DNA of 63,051 bases, counting the filler, from Platydemus manokwari (taxonomy: Eukaryota), in assembly GCA_037951405.1 (NCBI GenBank). It is 6 parts of 6 records of this genome, joined end to end, with 100 filler letters (N's around TTAATTAATTAA, not from the genome) between each part and the next. Parts side by side here need not be neighbours in the genome. Positions count along the whole stretch, not along the records: positions 18,513 to 31,247 come from JBBMOY011983600.1; positions 31,348 to 42,775 come from JBBMOY010679986.1; 4 more parts are not named here. The stretch is one strand, 5' to 3'. A program made the translations under genes and the position numbers. The notes below the pieces were generated by a model. The model ran no database searches. It was not told the origin of the DNA and was given only the letters and a program-made list of their open reading frames with translations. Within the stretch, counting starts at the first letter, position 1; every line of letters starts with the position of its first letter. Positions 26,723-38,985 of the stretch are shown piece by piece.

Positions 26723-27334
26723 ACATGTATGGTTGCGGTCATAATAGGAATCAAGCTAAAATCAACTTATTTCAAATTTAGAGTTAAATTTTAGAATCGA
26801 AGTATAAAATTTTAATACCAAAAATAAATCACCATCCGACATGTAAATCCCATACTTTTATCAAAACTGAATTTTACATTTATTTTTATCATAAACTAGA
26901 TGTTACTTATCATCGATAAATGATATCAATTTTTTTATTGATTTTCTTTTTAGTAGAAACTCTACAAAGAGCAGCATAACATTAAAAATGAATGAATATG
27001 CTAAGGCTTACCTCAGGCAATCTTTAAGTGATGCTCTAATGTTGTAAATAGCATCAAATCGTCTATTTTAAATGGTTAATACTTATTATAATCTACACTT
27101 GAATAGAATCGAGATTTTATTAGTAGAAAATAATAGATGTGAAAAATTATTAAAAAACATTGCTCTATTTTTAATTTAACCCTTTATTTAAATACTCAAG
27201 CGTTTGTGAAACCGCTTTCATTTTATGATAAAATAAATCAAAATAACCGTCATTTATTTGAAGGTCAACACCAATCTGGATGACAAAATTCGTTTATAAA
27301 TTAAGCATCAATTATATACAATCGCAGTTTAAGT

Positions 27335-27908
27335 ATGAATTTCGTGAAATTTCGGATAACTGATCCTAGGTTTGCTCTCGTTCTTATAGCGGTGTTTCTG
27401 TTTTTTTCTGGAGCAACTCTTACTTACATCAGTTCGGTATTGACGACATTGGAGAAAAGGTTCAATTTCAATTCAATGGAACTCGGGGTTTTGATGGGTT
27501 CAAATGATATTGGATTTCTATCGTCAGTAATTTTCGTTACTTATTTCGGTTCCAAGAAAAATCGCCAACCTATCATGTTATGTCTCAGTGGTGTAATCAT
27601 GTGGATGAGTTGTATGGTGTATATCACTCCATATCTTATGTATGGACCCAAATTCAGTGCGGAGTCGTTGATAAATTTGAATTTCACTAGCGGAAAAGGT
27701 CTTTGTTTAAATACCAGTAGAATTAAAATCGTTGATAAATCAATTGGTGAAACAGCCAGAGAGATTAGCTCATATAAGAAATCGTTAAGCTTCTTTATTT
27801 TGATTGTTGCTGGAATAATGAGTGGAATATCTTCGACTCCACTGTGGTCTATTGGGATAAGTTTTTTGGACGACTTAGTTGGGCCAGCAAAAAGTGGAAT
27901 TTATATCG
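27335..27908 (+). CDS. slco: SLCO/OATP copy B, exon 1 (TM1-TM4)
   Basis: Paralog of 21070-21643 (YISSVLTTLEKRF, GSKKNRQP, IGISFLDDLVGPAKSGIYI). Donor G|gtaata at 27908. Confidence 0.92.
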
Positions 27909-29052
27909 GTAATATTCGTCATTATTTTCTTTTATTAACAATGTTTGTGTTGATGATCAAAACGATATCCGAGTCGAGAGATTTATGATATAAAGTTAAT
28001 TTCAAACTCAAAATAATTAGCTATAAGATAAATTTATTTGACCAACGTAATGTTTGAATTTAAAGTTTAAATCTGAGCAACTCTTTACACAAAAAAAATT
28101 ATTTTTGAAGAATAAATTATAAAATTATAAAATATTTAATTTATTTTTGTCATTCTAAAATTATAATTCACATTTTAGAATGAAAATTTTTTTATCTTTA
28201 AAATTGTTTCTAATAAATTCCTTTAATGGGTATATTTAAAGTGAAGTAAATTAAAAAGATTATCATTAAAATATTATTAAAATAAGGAATATCAATTAAC
28301 TAATTGAATTTAGTTTATAACTTTAGTTATTAAATTTATTTTTTACAAATCCCGGAGATCCTATAACCAATTAACAAACTTGTTATATTTTATAACAGAT
28401 TATTTTCGAATAAAAGTAGTCGAAAAGAATTGATAGTATTTGGAATATCATAAAATAAGCTTAAGAATTTTGTACTCTACTAATTAAAATTAATTCATTC
28501 GACTTAAATATTTATTATATTCATGTGTATGAACAAGCGTCATTACATGAAATAAATTTTACGTAAAGTTTTAAATTAATATTTAAATTCAGCGAGTATT
28601 ATATAAACTATTATCAGTCGATATGTGTCGATCATATTTTTGTAATCGTTAATTGACTGTAAATCAAATTTTGATCTATAACACAAAATTTCACAGTTTT
28701 CCTAAGCCTTTGTAATCGATGATTGTAATTTATCAAGAATTTGTAATAATACTATCGGATTAACAAATTTTAGATGATTTACTCAATTAATGGTTTCACC
28801 CACCCGTGTAATAATCAAACTTGTCGTAAGGCTCTCATTTCTTTGGCTTGTGAAAGTCCATTAATACCACTTCAAGTTTTTTGTTAAATGATTTATTTAG
28901 TTCTTTAATAACAAGACAAAAAAATTCAAAAATTAATGATATGAAAATCATGGAGTCTACATGACCACATTTCGTTAAAGTTTTATTAATGAAACTCTAA
29001 CTTTATAATACAAAAATGTGTTTATTCCTCTTGACTTAACCTTTCTAATAAG

Positions 29053-29217
29053 GTACGCTTTATGTCATGAGAACTTGTTCACCAATCTGTGGATTTTTAG
29101 TGGGTTCTCGCTTATTAAAGTATCATGAAAGCTTGAAAATGATGGTTCATCAATACTTACCGGGTCAAATGGATTTAAAGTGGATCGGTGCATGGTGGCT
29201 CGGTTGGATGATTTTTG
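29053..29217 (+). CDS. slco: SLCO/OATP copy B, exon 2 (165 bp)
   Basis: Acceptor aataag|GT and donor TTTG|gtaagt. Reads TLYVMRTCSPICGFLVG...DLKWIGAWWLGWMIFG; same length as the copy A exon. Confidence 0.9.
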
Positions 29218-29263
29218 GTAAGTTATATAATTAATTATAATTTATAAATTATTGACCTACCAG

Positions 29264-29455
29264 GATTTTGTGTACTTATTCCGGCACCATTTATTCTCCT
29301 TGTGAAGAAGAAGGAATTAAAAGAAACACATGTTGATAAGACACCAAATCTCGAATTCCTTACCAAAGAAGAATTCAATGAACAAAACCAGACAGATAAT
29401 CAGTTGAAATCAGAATCAGACAGTACAATGAGAAAAATCATTACGGAATTAACAG
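29264..29455 (+). CDS. slco: SLCO/OATP copy B, exon 3
   Basis: Acceptor accag|GA after a 46-bp intron. Reads GFCVLIPAPFILLVKK...IITELT. Donor G|gtctat at the position homologous to copy A. Confidence 0.8.
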
Positions 29456-29559
29456 GTCTATTAGAAATTATCTATCTATCACAGAATTATAATTTTCAAT
29501 TTTATTATATCGTTATATAAGAATTATCCTTATATTATTAACTCTTTAAATATTTGATA

Positions 29560-30410
29560 GTTTAGAAAAATCCATATTTTCATCACTCAAGTGATTTTTA
29601 GAATTTGCAAAGCTCGCTACCTACAAAGAACTTTACTGGTCACACGATCTAATTTCTTTAATTAAATGTTCGACATTTGAAAACTCTAGCTGCTGTTTAG
29701 ACACGCATTTATTATATACTTATATATTACAAACTCATTCAGATAACACAGAGCCAAGCACTAAACATAAATTGTTGGTAAAAAAAGGATTTTGCACCCT
29801 GGAATCCATATTTTATCATTTTGAGCATTTAGCTGCCTTTACAACCACACAGGCATGGTAATATACCAATCACTGTTAACTTCTATGGAAAATGATATGA
29901 AACTTATATGAAAAATCCCTACAGTGACACACGTATAAAGATTAATCAATCCCGAGGATGCAAAAATCAACGCATCTAAAAGGAAGTTGAGAGACAGATT
30001 TTAAATTGTGTCTTATGAGATGTTTTATCGAGTTTTGGAGGCGTTTTTATCGCATTGATTAGTGTGTGTTAATGAAAATACAAAGTACAACATTCGATTC
30101 TTTTGGACGTCAATAGTTGGATAATTGTGACTACTGCCTTACATAGGCAGTGATGAGTCACCCGTAGAAAGATTTTGCGATTACATCTATTACACAGAAA
30201 GAAATTCTATATAGTCGAATTTATTCGATGGAATATTTTATTCACTGCCTGTATTTATTTGGCTCGATAATTATTATAATAGGTGGTAATTAATTTATCA
30301 ATGTTATTGTCCGATAATATATTACGGGGTTATTATTTTAGGAATAAATTTATCTTACTGGGTTGTTCTTTAATGGAGTTTTGCAGGTATTATTGTTTAT
30401 GAAACGTAAT
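29560..30410 (+). pseudogene. Decayed 3' half of SLCO copy B
   Basis: Frameshifted OATP-like pieces in order: KNP.F (TM7 start), FENSSC...KKGFC (post-Kazal), PYFIILSI...NIPITV (TM10), LFGSII (TM11), DNILRGYYF.GIN..LLGCSL (TM12). Confidence 0.5.
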
Positions 30411-30539
30411 TATCATAAATATCTAGTATATATCATTTTATAAATATTATTTTAATGAACTGGTTCCATAATACATTCCAGGAATTGTCGAGTTGAAAAA
30501 TAAATATTGATCAAATTCAAGATAAAAAAGGAGTACAAC

Positions 30540-31197
30540 AAAAATTAATACACGTGACAAATGTTCATATCATCACACCCAATATATTTGATACATAAGG
30601 TCATAAAAGGTACATAACTTCATGTAAAAATTGTTTTGTTTTAGATTTTGCTAAACTCCAGCAGTTCATTTAAGTCGGGACGTATAAGACTTTTAGATTC
30701 ATTGACATTATTTAAAGATTCATTAAATGGAATAAGTGACTCTATGGTAGAAAGAAAATTTATAGAATTAAGAAAAGCATTTTCAGAAAATTATATTATT
30801 ATAAAACAGAGGAATTTATCCTTAATATTTTATAATTTCATTCAAAACATTAAACTAAACCTCTCCTCCTGTCATTGAATATTTTATCTGTAAATTGAAA
30901 TTAAGTAAAATAACAGAAGAAGAATATCAAATAGCTCAAGTTATTTGGAATAAATTTAATTGTAATAAATTGTGGTATTATATAATTTTATATTTAAACA
31001 GAATGTAAATATATTTCGTGATTTAATAAAAAGCTTTAGAAATAATTATATTAAAGAGAAAAATCTTGACCTGGCACTTAATACCTCTGCTCCTTCTTTA
31101 AAACGTGAATACAGATTTAAAGATGCAAATATAGAACCTGATAAATTTGAGAATTAAACAATGCGTAGACTGGGTGAACGAGGTATTCGAAGTGGTA
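30540..31197 (+). pseudogene. Maverick/Polinton protein-primed DNA polymerase B fragment, degenerate
   Basis: RDKC, VHNF, IRLLDSL, ITEEEYQIAQVIWNKFNC, NVNIFRDLIKSFR...LDLALNTSAPSL, ERGIRSG. These are colinear with the group-2 Maverick pPolB motifs (VRDHCH, FHNL, RFLDSF, EDY.HAQ.VW..F.C, DV.LL.DVFE.FR, LDPAHY.TAPGL, RGIRGG). Ends in a (TA)n tract before the gap. Confidence 0.8.
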
Positions 31198-31247
31198 TAT
31201 ATATATATATATATATATTCCAAAATAAACAAATAGTAATAAATATC

Positions 31248-31347
31248 NNNNNNNNNNNNNNNNNNNNNNNNNNNNNNNNNNNNNNNNNNNNTTAATTAAT
31301 TAANNNNNNNNNNNNNNNNNNNNNNNNNNNNNNNNNNNNNNNNNNNN
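31248..31347. other. Artificial contig linker
   Basis: N44-TTAATTAATTAA-N44. Confidence 0.97.
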
Positions 31348-31349
31348 TA

Positions 31350-31351
<2 letters not shown>

Positions 31352-31390
<39 letters not shown>
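31352..31390. repeat. (ATT)n microsatellite
   Basis: Directly visible at the contig start. Confidence 0.9.
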
Positions 31391-33888
31391 GTTTATGTTT
31401 GCATGTGTGCATATTTTTTACTTAATGTCGACCATGTCCTTTAATTGCTATAAAATACAATTTATACAAACCTATCTAATCAATTTTGTTTCATTAAAAC
31501 ACAATGGTTACATGATGATATTATGTTGTTTATTTAATTGTATCAAAGAAAATGACAGTTTGAATTGAATCAATGATAATTCCAACAGGTACTGATGGAT
31601 CGGTTCCGCAGTCATTTGTATTTATTAATTAACACGAAACAACTATTCCATAATTCGCTCATTGGTGAATTCAAATCTACGATATGTTTTGATTTTATAC
31701 CATAAAAATGACAACTTAACATGCAACACTCGTATTTGTATTCCATGTTGCGATAAAAAAACTATTTGTGACGTAGAATACAGTTATTATTAGAAATATT
31801 TCCACGGTTTTTTCTTAAACCATTGTGGATTTTCAAATAATTTTTGAATGTCTCGGTCGCTATTGAATTTTAGCGGAATGAATGTATTTTAATCTCAAAA
31901 AACATTAAAAACAAATAGGCTATATTTTACAAATAAAATCTAACAATGAGTGTGATAATTATGACCAGAACCACTGGCAATCTCAAAGAGTTGTATATCA
32001 ATAGACCGGTCTCTTAGGGTTTCTTCTCATCAGAATCTAATAACTATCCCATAATTTGCTCACTGGTTAATTATCGTATACCTTTAGGTCATAATCGCGT
32101 TTTAAATTATGTTTTTGTTTGAAATCACATTGAGCAATTCCATTTTAATTTTATTCCAGTTTCTGTATTAATCGCACCAAAATATTTCGTGTCAATCATT
32201 GAATTTAATTGGCTCATTCCAAATGATTCCATCAATTATATCAATATTAACTGATATTTGAATAGCTTTGTTTGATTTTCAATTATCATTGTAAAGTTTT
32301 AGTAATTTTTCAAGAGATAAATTGAAAATAAAATCAATTTTAACTGATGTAGGTTTATTTATCGATTTTTTGAAATGTATTTGGATTGATTTTGATTTTG
32401 ACAAGATTCTCAATTTTTATCGGTTGTCCCAACCAAGGTTTTTATTTCCAAGGTGTCGGTAATTGTTGTAACATTGAGAAGGCCAAAATTTGTCGGATTT
32501 TATCAAATTTACTTTAAACTATTCAAAACCACTTTGATGATAGCACAAATCTTGAAATTATTTGTATGAGGATTCATATTGAATTGAAATTTGAAAAATT
32601 ATATAATCAAAATATAATTTGTTGTCGTGACTTTTCAGTTCGTTTCCACTGCGTGCTTTGTAAAATAGAAGCAGCTTAAAATTTGGATGTTATTGTTTGG
32701 ATCTTTGGATTTATTTTTATTTACCGAGTTTATTGAAGCATGATTTCCTTTGATTTTTCTTTTATATCCGCTAATAAGTGTGCGCTACTAAACAATATTT
32801 CGGTTCATTCAAACAAAATCGTGTGAATTCGGTGTTTTGATATGTGATTTGCAATATCTTCAGAAATAATTTTGTTTTCATTTAATTTAATATATATTTT
32901 ATCTGTACTTATTTTTAGATATGTGATAAAAATAATAAATACTTTGATCGTTAAATTTGTATTGGAGTGATTGTAAGGATTGTGAGGGTTTCACGATTGA
33001 AAGTTCAACTGTGATTGTGTTTTGATTTCATATCCGCCAGTCGTTCGGGATAATAAAATCACAATTTATTTTTATGGTGAACATTGTTTTAATCCGTCAA
33101 TACATTTTCAAAAGACGATTCACAAATTTGATAAAAAACAAATTGTAATAATCGATTTTTATTATATTTTACAATAAAAAATTGAGAAAAAAATAAAAAT
33201 AACCAGTTTCAAGTATTTGTTTGATGGGTTCAAATCTATTGACAAATTCTTAGAATCCAGTTCTAGATAAAAATAGTTATTAAATTCTCTTTATACTTCA
33301 TGTCATTAAGTTTTTTTATTGTTTTATTGAATAAATAAATTTGAAAAAATTTCTAAAGAAATTCGTTAAAAATCTCTTGGAATTTTTAAAATATAAAAAA
33401 TTACATGTTGGAAGAGATCGACTTCGAGAATTGTGTTTTTATTAATATTAGCAAGTAATATTGATCGATTTCTCATTTTTGTTTATTGTATAACAATGAA
33501 TATGATTTATTAACTCTTGGATTTCTCTAATCTCAAATATGAATCGTTCAAATAGAAATAACAAATATTTGTTTGCACATTACTGGACTTGATCGAATCC
33601 TAAACAATGAGCTTATGTAATAATGATAGTAAATATTTCTATATATATTTCCATTCAGTAATTGAATTATAGAATACCGCGACACAAGAAGCATTTATTA
33701 TTGAAATTCGCATAAATAATGTATATATCAATCAATGATCAGTGCTTTCGATCAATAAATATAGTAAAAATTTATTTTTAAATATTTTTTTTATTGTAGA
33801 GCCATTTTTTGTAAAAATAATTTTAATAAAATTGGAATATTTGATTCTACAATTATTGGAGTGAGTTATACAGATTTTCGTTTTTAAG

Positions 33889-34074
33889 GTCAATGATATT
33901 ACCGTAAATAATCTCGAAAAAGTTCCCGATGAAATGTTAGAAAATGGTCCGCCTAGTTTTTCTATTGGTGATGATTCCGATTCTGACACAGAACAGTCTT
34001 TATATTCAAGCAATCTAAATCATCCGGATGAAATTGGTGATCATCTTCCATCAACTGTCAAGTACAGATCAAAG
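33889..34074 (+). CDS. GRAMD1: GRAMD1/Aster-like gene, probable acidic linker exon
   Basis: Acceptor ttttaag|GTC and donor AAG|gtaatt; open 186-bp phase-0 exon (VNDITVNNLEKVPDEMLENGPPSFSIGDDSDSDTE...) that splices in frame to 35972. Confidence 0.65.
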
Positions 34075-34134
34075 GTAATTTGTTATCAGAATTAGATCTT
34101 AATTTTCGATTTTTATTACCTAACCAAATTTTCT

Positions 34135-34135
<1 letters not shown>

Positions 34136-34196
<61 letters not shown>
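34136..34196. repeat. (ATT)n microsatellite, about 20 units, intronic
   Basis: Directly visible. Confidence 0.95.
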
Positions 34197-35971
34197 GTTA
34201 TATTATTTTACTGTGATTGCATGTTATAAGACCAAATAAGATAAAAATAATTATTAAAATTCTTATATTTTAGTTAGTGTTGTAAATAAACCTAAATACA
34301 GATGAGAATAAGTAATTAAATAAGTAATTATCCGTATTCCTCCAAACATACATCATAGGATTCAATAATCTACTCTCACTAGTTTCTTAAAGTCAAAGCA
34401 TCTCGTTATTTGATTTGTAATCCTTGCTTGCAAATATTCATTCCCATATCACGCAATATGGTTATTTTTATGCTTAATTTTGTCTTACAATTTTATATAA
34501 ATATTGTCTCAAATCATGTATTAGATTCCTATAACACCGGTAATTTCAAATTTTTATTTCATTTCACAAGTTAGATGTGTCATTAAAGGTATCCATAATC
34601 AATGATGATGATGGCTTGAAATATCAGGATTATATACCAGAAGACTTGATGTCATTATCATTGTAAAACATATCGTTATACACAGTTTAATAAATTTTTT
34701 TGGTAATATTGGCATTGGGGCACTTCTACCTGAGCAAACTAGTATAAAGGCGTTCTCTAGTATGTGAGGTTAATATATTGTTTTATAAGAACGACATAAA
34801 ATCACCAACAGCCATATAAAATCGTAATTAAGAAATCAAACAAGAGTTCTTGAACAGCAGTTAAATAAATCATTAATAGAGACAATATAACACATTAACT
34901 ATAAAAATAAAATTGATTTTCAAATTAAAATCTGTTAGTTTATCATTTGAAAAATATAGGACAGATTTTGTGGAATTGTTGAAATGAAACATGATCATGA
35001 AACATTCTGGACTATTTAGCCTATATTTTTTTAATAATGTATTCCATGTGTTTTATTCGATAAATAAGCGATGATAATTGTTGAGAATTTGTTCTTCATA
35101 ATTTTTTAAGAATAATAGAAATACTGAAGATATTTTACTAAATAAATGCTCTGGAAATGATTTGTATCGAAATCATGGCTACTCTTTTAATGATCTTTCA
35201 AGATATTCATCTCATAATATTCTTGTAGTAAATTCTTTAAGGAGTTGGTTGGATGTGGATTACTTTAAACGAAATAAATACGATTGTGACTCCAAGAAAA
35301 TTGATTTATCGCTATTTAGTTAATTTTCTAATCGATTCGGCAACCACAATTTCTGATAGGATAATTTTTACAAATTTCCCTCCGTGAACATCGGTTAGAT
35401 TTTCTTTATAGAGAGATATAATCTGGTAATTCACACAATCGAACAGAAGAGGAAGTCAATAATTTACCATAGTTTTCATTATATTTCCAAAAATCTTTAA
35501 ATCAATTTTCGAATTTTCGCACCGCAATCAGCTTGTTATTTCAGGATTTACTAGATTTTGTTTGGATTATTTTCTGAAATGCATACAGCTATTCCATTTA
35601 TTTACCTTCACGGAACTTTACTGTCATTTTCAATACTGTTATTGTTTGAAGTATAGTAAACAACGGTAACAGAAGTATAGTGTATGTCACATTTCATTCG
35701 TTGAAATGTTCGATCAATAATCAAAAATATCAAACCCATAATCCAGTTTTTAATCTGTGGTTTTGAAACAAATTTCATGTTCATGTAGAAGATTATATTT
35801 CAGTTCTATTTCCATTAATATCGATTAATTTGTTTTAATTATTAAAAATATTTTTTAAAGAAGGCAGTTACATTGATATTGATTTTTGTTGAATTCTATT
35901 ATAATACTATCAAATATTATTTATATTTATCTTCGCTACATGTTAATTGATCGATAATATATCCATTTCAG

Positions 35972-36373
35972 AAGCGTAAACCACAAGCTTTCACCGACTC
36001 CATCAGTTCTGATAATAAAAATGTAAACTCCAATTACAGTTCCGCTAATTTGCCTTCTACAAATGAATCCAATGGGATTTTTAGGGCATCAATTCCACGC
36101 CATCATTCACAATTCTGTTTGGGACACGAGCATTTTCATAAAGTGTTTGTTGATGAAGAAATCGATATGCATGTCGATCGATTATTTACTTGCATTTTCA
36201 CGAACAGTTCATTTTATCGACGATTTGCTGAATATAGGAAAACATTCGATATAGTTCAAGCACCCTGGCCAGAAGTTTGTGATGAGAACGGATCAAAGGA
36301 GAGAACAATATATTACACCATTACCTTGAAAGCTAAAATCGGTCCAAAAATATCAGCATCAGAAGAAAAGCAG
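35972..36373 (+). CDS. GRAMD1: GRAMD1/Aster-like gene, exon with VASt N-terminal half
   Basis: Acceptor tttcag|AAG and donor CAG|gtttcg. Reads MHVDRLFTCIFTNSSFY...DIVQAPW...ERTIYYTITLKAKIGPK...EKQ (VASt domain). Confidence 0.88.
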
Positions 36374-38677
36374 GTTTCGAAATTGATATTTGAATGAATC
36401 AATAATTAAATAAAATTATGTTTAAATTAATTGATTTATAATTTGCTTTCATCTACACAATCTTCTATTTCGCCTGTAACTCAAATCAAAAATTTGAAAA
36501 AGACTTTATGGTGGCGTTTGTTTATCTCACTCAAAATGTGTTGCCAGGGAGATATTTCCCTAGATTTTGTTATATGAAACGCGAACTGATATTTTCTAAA
36601 TCAATGCAGATTTGGCTATCGATCTTCTTGGAAATTATTGATCTTTGTTATTAGAAAATATGGATTTATATTTTAAACGGTCTGGGGATAAATGTATTTA
36701 TATTTGGGACGAAATGACATTAGTTGTTTATTAATATCATAAATTTTTTATTAAGACCTTCAGCATAAATTGTTATTTTATTTTGTTGTCTCAACTTGTT
36801 TCATTTTATTATCTGGTAGTAATATTTTTTATACACAATTCTTTGTCTTTCTAATTATTTTTTTCAGTCATGGTTCAACTATGGTTCCTCAGAATTTAGC
36901 CTTTTCGAGCCACTTTTATTGAACTAATTTCCAGTTAGACAAAAGAACAAAAACATTGATTGCACTTTCGACAGTTTTTCTGCACGTTAACACACTTTAC
37001 AATTTTCTTCAAAAAGTCTGTTCGGTTGCATATGTTAAGTTCGTGGAAATAGATAGCTAAGATAAAATCATAAAAGACATTATTATTCACGCTATTGTCA
37101 ATTATCGGGATTAATGTACGCACGCATTTTTACTATATCACATTTTTAGAGTGCTCTTTTCTCGTAAATATTCGTTCTTTATTATTCATGATTGGTATGA
37201 GATTCCTCATCAGCATTTATAAATTACAGTTGTTTGGTGTGCCAACAATTTATATCCAGCTAAATTGGTTTGTTTCTCCTGCACTGTGTGTGCGACTTTT
37301 AAAATGGATTAAAATTAAAAAGATTTATTATCTGAATTTATATAAAGAAAAAATAAATTATCGATTTTATTTATTTTAATTATTTGGTTAAATGACTTTC
37401 ATGTGTTATGACTTTTGAATTCGTTTTCACCACCTGTTTATAACATAGTAATGGCTTATTAAGTATAACTATCGCTAAAATGTCTTTGAAATTCTGCATA
37501 AACTGTTTCTGTGTTATCATGCCTTTCATACTTTTTGGGTTTCTTCAGGAGTGCTTTGCTTCTTTAAATAATTCAAATCTTTTAAATTTAAAATGATCTC
37601 AATTTATTAAAAATTTTAAATTGAGGATCATTTTCTGGGTGAGAAAATTCTGCTTAGTAAAGTTGATCAACATGGTAATGAAATAATATATAGAAATATC
37701 CGAAATGAATTTATATGAAAAATATTATTTTATTCAATTAAGGCAGTATATGTGAAATTAAGTTCTGGGCATTGGAAAATATTTCTCACTTTTCGATTAA
37801 AGAATCTCTCATTTCCATAATTTGCTTCATTCAATATGGAAATCTATCTATCTATCTATGTATATAATGGATCATTGAACACCAGATTTTCTCCTGTATA
37901 ATGAAGCATTAAATATACATTTTATCTGGATTAGTGGTTCTTGAGATTAAGCTAAATTGAAATTACCAATAAGACAGGTAAGCCTTATGTGACAACCAGA
38001 TAACTGTTCCCGTTGCTGTCACTGCTAAAAATATATCTCCACTACCATGAGACGTTTAGTTTATGAGAATAATGTATTGGTGTTATCGTAACTTACAACA
38101 GATCAATTAATGGAACACTTATTGTTTTAGAAAATATGATCCAAAATGATATTTGTGGAGGATTGAAAATTGTCATCGATTTTATTTATTTTTGGTACTT
38201 TTTGAATAAAACTATTGTTTAAAATTTCATTTTGATACTTTAGGTGCATTATAGAATGATCTCAACGAAATGTTTTACCACCTCGTCCGTAATTTAACGT
38301 TTCTTAAAATGGACTTTTGTTTGTTTCTTGTTTTTAGATAATTTTTCACATTACCCATTGAATATCCCAACTTGAGATGATTAATTATACCATTAATTGC
38401 TCGTGTTTTGAATTTGTCTCTTTGTAGGAATATTGTCGCATTTTCGAGAAATAAAAATGCTGCATACTTGATATCAAATATGCAATAACAGGAAATGTTT
38501 ATATCAGGATATATTTTCTTAAGACATCATAAAATGCGTGGCTCGCGAAATAGATTACAAAATGAAAATGTCCATTCTAATTTTAAATCAATAGCCTCTA
38601 TTATATGCAGTGTTATATTTTTATTCATGAAGAACATCGACTTAAAAAATTACTTTTGAATTATGATCTTCTTCTAG

Positions 38678-38870
38678 ATAATCCAAGGTTGTAGTCAGCC
38701 AGGTTTATGTTATGTCGTGGACACGATAGTTCGCAACAGTGGTTTCCCTTTATCAGATTGTTTTCATTGCATCAGTCGATATTGTCTTCTTCATATCAGT
38801 GCTTTTCAATCTCGACTCAAGGTGACATCACAAGTCGTTTATGATAAATCCATATTTTTTGCATCCAAAT
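38678..38870 (+). CDS. GRAMD1: GRAMD1/Aster-like gene, VASt exon
   Basis: Acceptor ttctag|ATA and donor T|gtgagt. Reads SQPGLCYVVDTIVRNSGFPLSDCFHCISRYCL...SRLKVTSQVVYDK. Confidence 0.88.
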
Positions 38871-38931
38871 GTGAGTGAATATTTATTTTTATTTCTATTA
38901 AATTATTACAGACATTTTCTTTTTGCAACAG

Positions 38932-38985
38932 CCTTAATTGAATCCACTGCAAAATCCGGTCTCACAGACTACTTTACCGAATTGG
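38932..38985 (+). CDS. GRAMD1: GRAMD1/Aster-like gene, VASt C-terminal helix exon
   Basis: Acceptor caacag|CC and donor G|gtaatt. Reads SLIESTAKSGLTDYFTEL (compare FIEKNFWSGLEDYF). Confidence 0.85.

Noticed and set aside
33732-34013. 93-aa minus-strand ORF
   Set aside because: Antisense of the GRAMD1 linker exon plus AT-rich intron.
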